From the NCBI GenBank assembly GCA_965227515.1, contig CBDDFZ010000001.1, positions 2,688,001 to 2,752,000 of the forward strand: DNA of 64,000 nucleotides. Reading direction: 5' to 3'. Source of the DNA: Alphaproteobacteria bacterium (GTDB lineage: Bacteria; Pseudomonadota; Alphaproteobacteria; CALKHQ01). Positions 49,679-58,680 of the stretch are shown piece after piece. The translations under genes were made by a program, and so were the position numbers. How positions within the stretch are numbered: position 1 is the stretch's first letter; each line of letters opens with the position of its first letter. The notes under the pieces were generated by a model. The model was not told the origin of the DNA. It saw nothing but the letters and a program-made list of their open reading frames with translations, and made no database searches.

Positions 49679-50443
49679 ATGAATGCAGAACCGACACATC
49701 GCCGCGCCTGGATTGCCGGGGCCGGCAAGGGCATTGGCCGCGCCGTCGCCACCCGGCTGGTCCGCCAGGGCTGGACCGTGGCGGTGAGCGCGCGCACCGC
49801 CGAGGACCTGGAGAGCCTGCGCGACGAGCTGCCGCGCGGCCGCGTCCATGTCTATCCGCTCGACGTCACCGACGCGGCAAAGACGGCGGAGACGGTCGAC
49901 GCCATCGAGCACGAGATGGGCACCCTCGACCTGGTCATCTTGAACGCCGGCACCCACGCGCCGATGCCCGCGACCGAATTCTCCGGCGAGACCGTGCGCA
50001 AGCTTGTCGAGACCAACCTGATGGGCACCGTGCATGGCCTGGACGCGGTGATCCCCCGCTTCCTGGAGCGCGGCGCCGGGCACATCGCGGTGACCGCCTC
50101 GCTGGCCGGCTATCGCGGCCTGCCGACCGCGGCGGCCTATGGCGCCACCAAGGCCGGCCTGATCAATATGTGCGAGGCGCTGAAGCCGGAGCTGGCGCGC
50201 GGCGGTGTGCGCCTGCAGGTGATCAACCCCGGCTTCGTGAAGACGCCGTTGACCGACCGCAACGACTTTCCGATGCCGTTCCTGATCCCGGTCGACCAGG
50301 CCGCCGACGCGGTGGTGCGCGGGCTGGGCCGCAACCGGTTCGAGATAGCCTTTCCCTGGCGGTTCGCCGCCCTGATGAAGCTGTTGCGGCTGTTGCCGCA
50401 CGGCCTGTTCTTCGCCGTCAGCCGACGCATGGTGCGCGCATGA
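49679..50443 (+). CDS. SDR oxidoreductase
   Basis: WIAGAGKGIG, LNAG, YGATK and NPGFVKTPLT..NDFPMPF. Confidence 0.9.
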   Translation: MNAEPTHRRAWIAGAGKGIGRAVATRLVRQGWTVAVSARTAEDLESLRDELPRGRVHVYPLDVTDAAKTAETVDAIEHEMGTLDLVILNAGTHAPMPATEFSGETVRKLVETNLMGTVHGLDAVIPRFLERGAGHIAVTASLAGYRGLPTAAAYGATKAGLINMCEALKPELARGGVRLQVINPGFVKTPLTDRNDFPMPFLIPVDQAADAVVRGLGRNRFEIAFPWRFAALMKLLRLLPHGLFFAVSRRMVRA

Positions 50444-50868
50444 GAACCGATGAGACCGCTGTGCTGCAATACCGTCGGTTCCTGGAGACCCTGTCGCCGG
50501 ACACGTTGCGCCGGTTGCCCGACCTGGTGACCGCCGACGTGCACTTCGCCGACCCGTTCAACGATGTGCACGGGGTGGAGGCGATGGCCCACGTGCTGCA
50601 CGATATGTTCGAGAAGGTGGCCGACGTCCGCTTTCAGGTGCGCCACGCCGCGCGCGACGGCGACACCTGCCTGATGGAGTGGACGTTCTCCGGCAAGCTG
50701 GGCGAGAAGCCCTGGCAGTTCGATGGCTGCACCGTCGCCCGCTTCACGCCCGAGGGCCGGGTCCGCGAGCACATCGACCACTGGGACGCCGGCCGCCACC
50801 TGCACGAGCGCATCCCCGTCCTCGGCCGCCTGGTCGCGTTCGTCCGGCGGAAGGTCTCGGCGGGGTAG
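50440..50868 (+). CDS. NTF2/SnoaL-like protein
   Basis: ATGA overlap with the SDR gene; DVHFADPFNDVHG, H.DHWD..LHERIPVLG. Confidence 0.85.
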   Translation: MRTDETAVLQYRRFLETLSPDTLRRLPDLVTADVHFADPFNDVHGVEAMAHVLHDMFEKVADVRFQVRHAARDGDTCLMEWTFSGKLGEKPWQFDGCTVARFTPEGRVREHIDHWDAGRHLHERIPVLGRLVAFVRRKVSAG

Positions 50869-50869
50869 G
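50764..50869 (+). repeat. Direct repeat copy 1 (3' end of the SnoaL-like gene)
   Basis: 106 bp with 4 mismatches (hand count) to 53166-53271. Confidence 0.9.
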
Positions 50870-50901
50870 GGCGCAGGCGCTCTTGAGCGCTGAATGCTTC
50901 C

Positions 50902-51816
50902 TCACGACCACACACCGGATTTCACAAGCGCCCGGGCAGTCGCCGGAAGGGTGCTGAGAAAGGCACCAATGTGAGGCACCGACCTGACGTCCCCCTGCCA
51001 GACTGCCTCGTGCCGAATAACCGCGGACCGTCCGCCGCTGGTCACGGTCGGAAACCGGCCTGGATCGCCCACGATCCTGGACGCCGGTAACAGGGCGGCC
51101 CCCAGGCCCAGCTCGGCCCATTCCTGCAATGCCGCATGGGACATCGCGCGGCCCGGATAGTAGCTCGTCTCCAAGCCCGCTTCGGCAAACAGCCGCTCGG
51201 TGGCCGGCGCAAGGCCGCATTCACCGGCCGTGAGCAAGATCGTTTCGTTCACGATGTCGGTTAGCGCCATTGTGGCATTGGCGTCATCGGGTGCGCCAAA
51301 CGGAGGTATCAAATGCAACGGATCGTCGAATAGCGGGCAGCGATGGCGATCGCGTGCCGATGAGAGCCCGACACCGAAGGCGATGTCGATCTGTTCGTCC
51401 AGCAGTCGCTGCTCCAGGCCACCGACACTGCATTCCTTGAAAACGACGTGCACTGCCGGGTTCTGCCGCTGGTACGCCTTGAACAGTGCGTCGATCCGCC
51501 GGATGTCGAGCAACGGCGTGAAGGCAACCCGGATCAGCGGCTGCTCCGGTTCAATCAGCGCCTTCGCCTCCAACTGCAGGCTGTCTACGGCAGCAATGAC
51601 CTCGATGATGGAAGGAAGGAGGGCGCGGCCGAACGCCGTCAGTTCCACTTTTCGGGTGGTTCGTGCGAAGACCGATCGCCCCAGAATGGCCTCCAGATCA
51701 GAAATCGAGGCCGAAATGCTTGGTTGAGATATGTTTGCGCGGCGCGCTGCCTCGCTGAACGAGCCGGCTTCGGCGACCAATGTGGCGTTGCGGAGCTGTA
51801 CGAGGGTCGGTCGCAT
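50902..51816 (-). CDS. LysR-family transcriptional regulator
   Basis: SFSEAA...SQPSIS..I..LE..LG..F.RTTR.V.LT..G helix-turn-helix; T-N11-A box ATAGAAAAATCCGAT at 51819-51833. Confidence 0.92.
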   Translation of the reverse strand: MRPTLVQLRNATLVAEAGSFSEAARRANISQPSISASISDLEAILGRSVFARTTRKVELTAFGRALLPSIIEVIAAVDSLQLEAKALIEPEQPLIRVAFTPLLDIRRIDALFKAYQRQNPAVHVVFKECSVGGLEQRLLDEQIDIAFGVGLSSARDRHRCPLFDDPLHLIPPFGAPDDANATMALTDIVNETILLTAGECGLAPATERLFAEAGLETSYYPGRAMSHAALQEWAELGLGAALLPASRIVGDPGRFPTVTSGGRSAVIRHEAVWQGDVRSVPHIGAFLSTLPATARALVKSGVWS

Positions 51817-52007
51817 TAATAGAAAAATCCGATAAGTTCATTTGATTAATCGGTATTCTAATACAACTGCCTGATCCGTCAAATGGGTTCCCGGAACGAG
51901 CGGCACGGCACGGGACGGAACCGGGCCCGGCGCTGCTCGAAGAAATGCCGAATGCAGGCTGCTGCGCGCGTCCTGCGAAGCGCGCACGAACCCAAGGAGC
52001 GGGCTTG

Positions 52008-52406
52008 ATGTCTCACGAACTCTTCTGGCTGGCCGCGACCACGTTCTTGACGGGGTTGATGTCGCTGCCATACGTCCTTGATCGCATAGCCGTGCGCGGC
52101 CTTGCCGGCACGATGGCAAACCCGTCTCCCGACGACAAACCGCAATCGGCGTGGGCAGTGCGTGCGCAACGGGCCCACGCGAATGCCGTGGAGAACCTGT
52201 GCGTTTTTGCTCCGGCGGTCCTGCTGGTTGAACTTGCCGGACGGCATTCGTCGCTGTCGGTGCTGGCGTGTGCCGTCTATTTTGGCGCCCGTCTCGCACA
52301 CTACCTGGTCTATAGCGCCGGAATTCCGGTCCTGAGAACTGCGGCATTCCTGATTGGCTGGGCTGCAACGATGCTGGTCCTGGCCGTTGCGGCCGGGGTG
52401 ATCTGA
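52008..52406 (+). CDS. MAPEG family membrane protein
   Basis: RAQRAHANAVENL..FAP, YF.ARL.HY..Y..GIP..RT. Confidence 0.88.
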   Translation: MSHELFWLAATTFLTGLMSLPYVLDRIAVRGLAGTMANPSPDDKPQSAWAVRAQRAHANAVENLCVFAPAVLLVELAGRHSSLSVLACAVYFGARLAHYLVYSAGIPVLRTAAFLIGWAATMLVLAVAAGVI

Positions 52407-53080
52407 TGACGCGGGTTGCGGTGATCGCCGGCATCGGGCCGGGTCTCGGCGCGGGCTTGGTGGCGGCATTCGCATCGGCAGGCTATTTCACCGTCGGCCT
52501 GTCGAGGCGCGGTCAACCCCATGGTGCGGACCGCGGCCTGAAGGTGGATCTGGCCGACCGCCGGGCCGTTGCTGCAGCGATCGCGGACATAGCGTCATCG
52601 GTCGGGCCCGCCGATGTCTACGTGCACAACGCGGCGGTGCTGCATCACGGCCCGCTGGCCGAGACGGAGGCTGAGGATTTCGAGCGGGTCTGGCGGACCA
52701 CCGTGCTGGGTGCCGTAAACGGCGTGAAGGCCGTGCTCCCAGCCATGCTCGCACGCGGTTCGGGCGCGCTTCTCTTCTCCGGTGCAACGGCATCGATTCG
52801 GGGTGGCTCCGGCTTCCCGGCATTCGCGTCGGCCAAGTTCGCGCTTCGCGGATTTGTCCAATCCTTGGCGCGGGAGTTCCAGCCCAGAGGACTGCATGTC
52901 GCGCACGTCATTCTGGACGGTCTCATGAAGGGCACACCGTCCGTCGCTGCGTTCGGGGGCACCGAACAAGGCAGCATCGACCCTCATGAAGCGGGCCGCG
53001 CTTTTGTCTGGCTGGCCGAACAGTCGCCGCCGGCCTGGACGCATGAGCTCGACTTGCGGCCCCAGGCCGAAAAGTTCTAG
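52406..53080 (+). CDS. SDR oxidoreductase
   Basis: GIGPGLG, FSGATAS.RG, FASAKFALRG..QSLARE and WTHELDLRP..EKF. Confidence 0.9.
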   Translation: MTRVAVIAGIGPGLGAGLVAAFASAGYFTVGLSRRGQPHGADRGLKVDLADRRAVAAAIADIASSVGPADVYVHNAAVLHHGPLAETEAEDFERVWRTTVLGAVNGVKAVLPAMLARGSGALLFSGATASIRGGSGFPAFASAKFALRGFVQSLAREFQPRGLHVAHVILDGLMKGTPSVAAFGGTEQGSIDPHEAGRAFVWLAEQSPPAWTHELDLRPQAEKF

Positions 53081-53099
53081 CGGCAGCCAGGCAACGGAA

Positions 53100-53270
53100 A
53101 TGACCGAATTCAGGATCAATGCGGATTTCTCCGCACGCATCGTCGTCACGCCGCAGGATCGCGTGCGCGAGCACATCGACCACTGGGACGCCGGCCGCCA
53201 CCTGCACGAGCGCATCCCCATCCTCGGCCGCCTGGTCGCATTCGTAAGGCGGAAGGTCTCGGCGGGGTAG
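53100..53270 (+). pseudogene. Chimeric remnant: N-terminus of a ChrR-like cupin fused to the duplicated SnoaL C-terminus
   Basis: MTEFRINADFSARIVVTPQD joined in frame to RVREHIDHWDAGRHLHERIPILGRLVAFVRRKVSAG. Confidence 0.7.
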
Positions 53271-53271
53271 G
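53166..53271 (+). repeat. Direct repeat copy 2
   Basis: Matches 50764-50869 at an offset of 2402 bp. Confidence 0.9.
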
Positions 53272-53573
53272 AAAGCGGGCGAGCAAATAGGGATTAGCTT
53301 GCCAGCCATCCGGTCCTTGGGGGCGTTGGCAAGATTTGCGTTATAGTACAACCCCGTCTTGTCTCGCCAAATACGAAGTCTCGGCATGGGGAGTGTGGCA
53401 CCCCCGATGCATCCTCCCTGTTGGTCCGGGAGTTGCGTCCTGCTACACAATGAGCATCGCTCTACGGTGCGATTCCAACGTCCATATACGAAGCCAACCC
53501 AACGATTTGAAGCATCTGCAATGTTGCCAAAGAAGCACAGCGCTGCTAGGTTCCTTGAATAAGGAATAAGATC

Positions 53574-55556
53574 ATGAAACTGCTTTCGGCAAGAGTTTCG
53601 AACTTTCGCTCGGCTGAAGATTCAGAAGTATTTAGCGTAGATCATTTGACCTGTTTCGTCGGAAAGAATGAAGCAGGAAAGACGGCAATATTGCAGGCGT
53701 TAGCTGGATTAAACCCTCATCCGGCAACTCCGTTCGGGTACGTTCTTGAACGGGACTATCCAAAGCGATATTTGGCCCGTTATTCCGAGCGTCACCCGGA
53801 CCAAGATGCCGTTGTCGTGACCTCGGAGTGGGAGATCACTGATGAGACGAAAGAACAATTGGTTGCTGAGTTCGGCGATGGTGCTGTTACTGACTCCACA
53901 GTTAAAATCCTGCGGTCGTATGATGACAAAAATCCTCGATGGAGACTGCCCATTGACCATGCCAAAGCTATTGAATATCTAGTCGCCAATTCTGGATTTT
54001 CGGCGCCCGAAAAGAGTCAAGTAGGGAAACCAAAAAACTCAGAAGAGTTGAAGAATGTTCTCGGAAAGCTTGAAACTCCCAAGCATAAGGCGCTATTGGA
54101 AAAGATAAACTCATATCCAAATAGTGATATTTTGTCGCGAGCGCGGGATATAATTGAGCCATATTTTCCTCAGTTTATGTATTTTTCCAACTATGATCGC
54201 ATGAGTGCGGTCGTCCATCTTCCATCTCTGAAGGAGGTGAAGGATAGTGGTGCGCTATTGACAAACGAGAATCTGAGAGGCGATCGACTATTCCTCGAAT
54301 TCTTAGAATTTTCGGGTATTGGTTTGGAAGAAATTCTCGATGCGCAGACGTTCGAGAGCTTCAATGCGAAACTTCAGGCGGGATCAAACATTCTTACTGA
54401 GGAAATTCTAGAGTACTGGACCCAAAATCCCGATATTGAGGTTCGAGTCAATGTTGCGGACGGTAAGCCGGCCGATCCGGAGCCATTTAATGCGGGAGCT
54501 GTTGGACGCGCACGTATTTATAACCAACTTCACCGCGCTGACACCTCCTTTTCGGAAAGAAGTGCTGGCTTCACATGGTTCTTTTCTTTTCTGATCAAGT
54601 TTGATCGCGTCAAGAAAGAAGGGAGTCGTCCAGTTTTCTTGCTGCTAGATGAACCTGGTCTCACGCTTCACGGAAAAGCACAGGGTGACTTGTTAAGATA
54701 TTTCCAAGAAAAGCTGTCTCCACATCACCAGATGATTTACTCGACGCATTCACCGTTCATGGTATCTTCCGAGAAATTGATGAGTGCTCGAATTGTGGAA
54801 GATTTGGTCAATGTTGATGATCGTGGCCGGCGCACACCGATAGGAACGAAAGTCAAAGACGAAGCGCTCAGCAAAGATCGCGATTCTGTTTTTCCGTTAC
54901 AGGGCGCTCTCGGGTATGAGATCACCCAAACGCTATTTATTGGCAAACATACCCTGTTGGTGGAAGGGCCGTCAGATGTGCTATATCTACAGGCGCTTTC
55001 AACGGAATTGGGAAGACGTGGGCGAACCGCTCTCGATCCTTCATGGGTAATGTGCCCCACGGGCGGATTAGATAAGATACAAGCATTTGTATCTCTGTTT
55101 TCAGGAAATAGTCTGGATGTAATCGCGTTAACAGACTATTCGAAGAAGGGTAGATCGCGATTGGAGGCAATACGCCGAAGCGAAATACTCAAATCTGGCG
55201 GTCTTTTGACAATTGGAGATTTTGTGTCGCAGGAGGAGGCGGATATTGAAGACATATTTGAGCCGGCGCTATTTGTAGAAATCGTCAACAGCGCCTACGA
55301 GCTGCCGACCGATCACGCAATGACAAAGGAAACCCTCCTAGCGGCGGACGAGAATTCTGAAAGACTGGTTAAGAAAGCTGAAGCATACTTCAACGTCTTG
55401 CCTAATGATATTCCAACCTATGATCATTTTCGTCCTTCGTTGTGGTTAATCTCTCATCCGGATATTCTTCGGAATGAAAACGATTCTATTGCGGCGACCC
55501 TTGATCGGACTGAAGACCTCTGCAAAGCAATCAATGCGCTTAGGGCCGCAGACTAG
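53574..55556 (+). CDS. OLD-family ABC-ATPase/TOPRIM nuclease
   Basis: NFRS, GKNEAGKT, ERSAGFTWF, LLLDEPGL.LH, STHSPFM; TOPRIM LLVEGPSD, LTD and DIED. Confidence 0.85.
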   Translation: MKLLSARVSNFRSAEDSEVFSVDHLTCFVGKNEAGKTAILQALAGLNPHPATPFGYVLERDYPKRYLARYSERHPDQDAVVVTSEWEITDETKEQLVAEFGDGAVTDSTVKILRSYDDKNPRWRLPIDHAKAIEYLVANSGFSAPEKSQVGKPKNSEELKNVLGKLETPKHKALLEKINSYPNSDILSRARDIIEPYFPQFMYFSNYDRMSAVVHLPSLKEVKDSGALLTNENLRGDRLFLEFLEFSGIGLEEILDAQTFESFNAKLQAGSNILTEEILEYWTQNPDIEVRVNVADGKPADPEPFNAGAVGRARIYNQLHRADTSFSERSAGFTWFFSFLIKFDRVKKEGSRPVFLLLDEPGLTLHGKAQGDLLRYFQEKLSPHHQMIYSTHSPFMVSSEKLMSARIVEDLVNVDDRGRRTPIGTKVKDEALSKDRDSVFPLQGALGYEITQTLFIGKHTLLVEGPSDVLYLQALSTELGRRGRTALDPSWVMCPTGGLDKIQAFVSLFSGNSLDVIALTDYSKKGRSRLEAIRRSEILKSGGLLTIGDFVSQEEADIEDIFEPALFVEIVNSAYELPTDHAMTKETLLAADENSERLVKKAEAYFNVLPNDIPTYDHFRPSLWLISHPDILRNENDSIAATLDRTEDLCKAINALRAAD

Positions 55557-55722
55557 CCCGAAGCGACTTCGCCCCTCGCGTGAGCATGGAATCCAAACGC
55601 AACCCTGCTACGTGGGGCCCGTCGTTTAGAGCCTCCTTGCGCTTGCTATCCGCCTCTTGATGAGGGCCAAGTCCTGGCCGCGAGTCAATGGGTTAGGATG
55701 CCGACTGGTGAAGGAAGCAATA

Positions 55723-55752
55723 TGGCGCGCCTCGAAGGAGAAACTTCGAACC
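55723..55752 (-). other. Degenerate tRNA 3'-end-like sequence, candidate att site
   Basis: Minus strand reads GGTTCGAAGTTTCTCCTTCGAGGCGCGCCA (T-loop-like GGTTCGAA plus ...GGCGCGCCA acceptor end) immediately before mobC. Confidence 0.45.
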
Positions 55753-55825
55753 GCCTCATCGAAACCCTACAAGAATGGAATGACCACCTCAAGGCAGCCA
55801 ACATCGACCTCGGGGAGCCGTCGCC

Positions 55826-56275
55826 ATGAGACATGCCGACGTTTCCCCACATGGCAGCGACCTTGGCAAGGCTTTTCGCGGGGCTGCGGCGAAGCCCCCT
55901 TCCAAGAGCAAGGCGAACGCCGCCGCGCCCTTCTCCATCCGGTTCACGCGGGAAGAGCGGGACCGGCTGCAAGCTGAGGCAGGCCAGCAACCGCTTGGGG
56001 CGTACATTCGCTCCCGGCTGCTGGGCGATACGGCGGACAAGCGCCGTGTGTCCCGTCGCCCCAGGATCGACCAGGAAGTGACCGCCCGGTTGCTCGCCGA
56101 GCTGGGGAAGTCCCGCCTCGCCTCCAACATGAACCAGCTTGCCAAGGCCGCGAACATGGGCACGCTCGATCTTGGCCCTGAGGTTGCGCGCGATATTCGG
56201 GCGGCTTGCGCCGCGATTACGGACATGCGGGCCGCACTGATTTTGGCGCTCGGCGTGAGGCCGGAGCGTGGCTAA
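55826..56275 (+). CDS. mobC: MobC-like relaxosome accessory protein (RHH)
   Basis: PFSIRFTREER..L...AG..PLGAYIR and LASNMNQLAKAAN; TAATG overlap with the relaxase gene. Confidence 0.85.
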   Translation: MRHADVSPHGSDLGKAFRGAAAKPPSKSKANAAAPFSIRFTREERDRLQAEAGQQPLGAYIRSRLLGDTADKRRVSRRPRIDQEVTARLLAELGKSRLASNMNQLAKAANMGTLDLGPEVARDIRAACAAITDMRAALILALGVRPERG

Positions 56276-57567
56276 TGATTCTCGTCGGCAACCAACGCGG
56301 CGGGGCCAACGAGCTGGCCCAGCACCTGCTCAAGGATGAGAACGAGCATGTCGAGGTCCATGAGCTTCGCGGGTTTGCTTCGGAGACCCTCCCCGAGGCG
56401 CTGAACGAGGCCTATGCCGTGAGCCGAGGGACGCGGTGCAAGCAGTTCCTCTTTTCCCTGAGCCTCAATCCGCCGCCCGGCGAGCGGGTCAGAACAGAGG
56501 CGTTTGAGAGCGCCGTCGACCGGGCCGAACAGAAGCTGGGCCTCACGGGCCAGCCACGCGCCATCGTGTTCCACGAGAAGGAAGGCCGCCGCCACTGCCA
56601 TGCGGTGTGGTCGCGGATCGATGCGGAGGCAATGAAGGCCGTCCCGCTGCCCCACTCCAAGCTGAAGCTCCAGGACGTTGCGCGAGAGCTGTATCGCGAA
56701 CACGGTTGGACCATGCCGCGCGGCTTCGTGAACTCGATAGAGCGCGATCCGCGCAACTTCACTCTCGCCGAATGGCAACAGGCCAAGCGTAACGACCGCG
56801 ATCCGCGCGAGATCAAGGCGGCGATTAAGGAATGCTGGGCGGTCAGCGACTCCCAGGCTGCGTTTGCACACGCCCTGAGCCAGCGCGGCTACGTGCTGGC
56901 GCGAGGGGACAAGCGAGGCTTCGTCGCTATCGATCGTCGCGGCGAGCCCTACGCGATTTCGCGCTCGGTCGGCATCCGGGCGAAAGAACTGCGGGCCAGG
57001 CTTGGGGACTCCGCCTTGCTGCCATCCGTCCAGGACGCCAGGGCGCAGATGGCCCGCGACATGGAAGCGAACCTGGCCAGGCTGCAGAAGGAACAGGAAG
57101 CGGCCCTTGCCTCACGGCTGGGAGACTTCAGAGGACAGAGGGATGCGCTGGTCCGGCAGCAGAGAGCTGAGCGTGAGGCCCTGGCAATGGGCCATGCCCG
57201 CCGCCAGGATTCGGAGATGCAGGCGCGGCAAACTCGCTTCAACACCGGGTTACGCGGTTTCATCGACCGGCTCTCCGGGCGGCGCAAACAGATTCAGGAG
57301 CAGAACCAGGCTGAAGCCTATGAGGGCCTAGTGCGCGACCGGCGGGAAAAGGACGAGCTGATCTTCCGCCACCTCGACCAGCGCCGCGACCTTCAGCAAC
57401 GAGCTGCCAAGCTCAGAGCTGTGACAGCCGAGCGGACACAAGAGCTAAGCCAGGACATCACGGCCTATCGGGAGCTGAACCAGGGGCACCGTGAGCGGTT
57501 GGATCGGCTGCGCGCCGGACGCCCGAGCAACAATCGGCAGGGGCCCGAACGCGACTTCGAGCGATAG
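56275..57567 (+). CDS. Relaxase/mobilisation nuclease (MOBP-like HUH)
   Basis: MILVGNQRGG..LAQHL, FSLSLNPP, VFHEKEGRRHCHAVWSRI (HUH); coiled-coil tail ending GPERDFER. Confidence 0.9.
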   Translation: MILVGNQRGGANELAQHLLKDENEHVEVHELRGFASETLPEALNEAYAVSRGTRCKQFLFSLSLNPPPGERVRTEAFESAVDRAEQKLGLTGQPRAIVFHEKEGRRHCHAVWSRIDAEAMKAVPLPHSKLKLQDVARELYREHGWTMPRGFVNSIERDPRNFTLAEWQQAKRNDRDPREIKAAIKECWAVSDSQAAFAHALSQRGYVLARGDKRGFVAIDRRGEPYAISRSVGIRAKELRARLGDSALLPSVQDARAQMARDMEANLARLQKEQEAALASRLGDFRGQRDALVRQQRAEREALAMGHARRQDSEMQARQTRFNTGLRGFIDRLSGRRKQIQEQNQAEAYEGLVRDRREKDELIFRHLDQRRDLQQRAAKLRAVTAERTQELSQDITAYRELNQGHRERLDRLRAGRPSNNRQGPERDFER

Positions 57568-58065
57568 CGGCTGCCGTTCGGTAAATGACAAATGGGTTGC
57601 ATCAGCAACCCTGCTTCCGGCGAGGATGGGGGTAGCAAGGGCCAGGGTCAGCGCGGCGGGCGCACAAGCCGAAGGCGCGGAGCCTCGGGAGACCGCGCCC
57701 TGGCCTGCGCGAGGGGCGAAGCCCCTTAGTCAGACCATACCCGCAGGGTAAGACAGGAAAGCCTGCCAGGAGCGTCAGCATAGCGACGCCAAAGGCGGGG
57801 TGCGGGAAGCGGCGATCGGCTGGACAAGGTTCCCGGCGCACCCGCAGGAGCGAAGCGGGACCGAGTGCGCCCTTGGGAGGCCGTCAATATGAGGGCGCTG
57901 CCAAGCGACCCGCGCGAGGGATCGAAGCCGAATGGCCGAGACCGCTTGCGGGCTCAGTTCACGAGAGCCCAACCCGCAGGGCGCGCCCGGCATTCATTGC
58001 ATCATTCGCGATGACGCAATATTTTTCTCTTGACTCGACACCTTTGTGCGAGTTAGAACCGCATC

Positions 58066-58680
58066 ATGAACGATGATGCAGTATTTTTCATAAACCTCAA
58101 GGACGCAGCGCGCGTGTCGGCTGGTTATCCCCTGCGCGGCTCTGCTGAGGCGCTTGGACCGGGCGACGTGCGTTTTGTCCAGCTCAAGGACGTAAGCCTT
58201 GATGCCGACATCAACTGGACAGGCATCCCATCGGTGGAGCTGCCGTCCAAGAGAGTGCCGGAATGGCTCAGCGATAACGATGTCATTTTCTCAGCACGCG
58301 GCACGAAAACGCTGGCCTATCCGGTCACCGGCACACCCGGTCGCGCGGTATGTGCTCCGCAGTTCTATGTCATCTCAATCAAGGACCCGGAGAAACTGCT
58401 CCCGGCATTCCTCGCCTGGCAGATCAATCAGAGGTCAGCGCAGGATTATCTCGCGCGCTCGGCCACTGGCTCCTACATCCAGAACATTCGCAGGGGCGTC
58501 TTAGAAGCTCTCCCCGTCGCAGTTCCGTCGCTCCGCGTGCAGCGCGTCATCGTCGACTTTTGGCAAGCAGCACGACGCGAACGCACAACGCTCAATCAGC
58601 TTATCGAAACCCGTAACCGACAACTCGACGCGCTCGCCGTCGGGCTACTGCAGCCGCGCCAAAGGGGGGCACGTCAATGA
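58066..58680 (+). CDS. Half-size (single-TRD) type I R-M specificity-like subunit
   Basis: L.D.A..SAGY..RG, L..NDVIF..RG, P.FLAWQIN...Q.YL, I....LE.L.V.VPSL..Q; ATGA overlap with hsdM. Confidence 0.8.
   Translation: MNDDAVFFINLKDAARVSAGYPLRGSAEALGPGDVRFVQLKDVSLDADINWTGIPSVELPSKRVPEWLSDNDVIFSARGTKTLAYPVTGTPGRAVCAPQFYVISIKDPEKLLPAFLAWQINQRSAQDYLARSATGSYIQNIRRGVLEALPVAVPSLRVQRVIVDFWQAARRERTTLNQLIETRNRQLDALAVGLLQPRQRGARQ

Noticed and set aside
53574-55556. Gabija or retron assignment for the OLD-type gene
   Set aside because: No adjacent UvrD-like helicase or reverse transcriptase.
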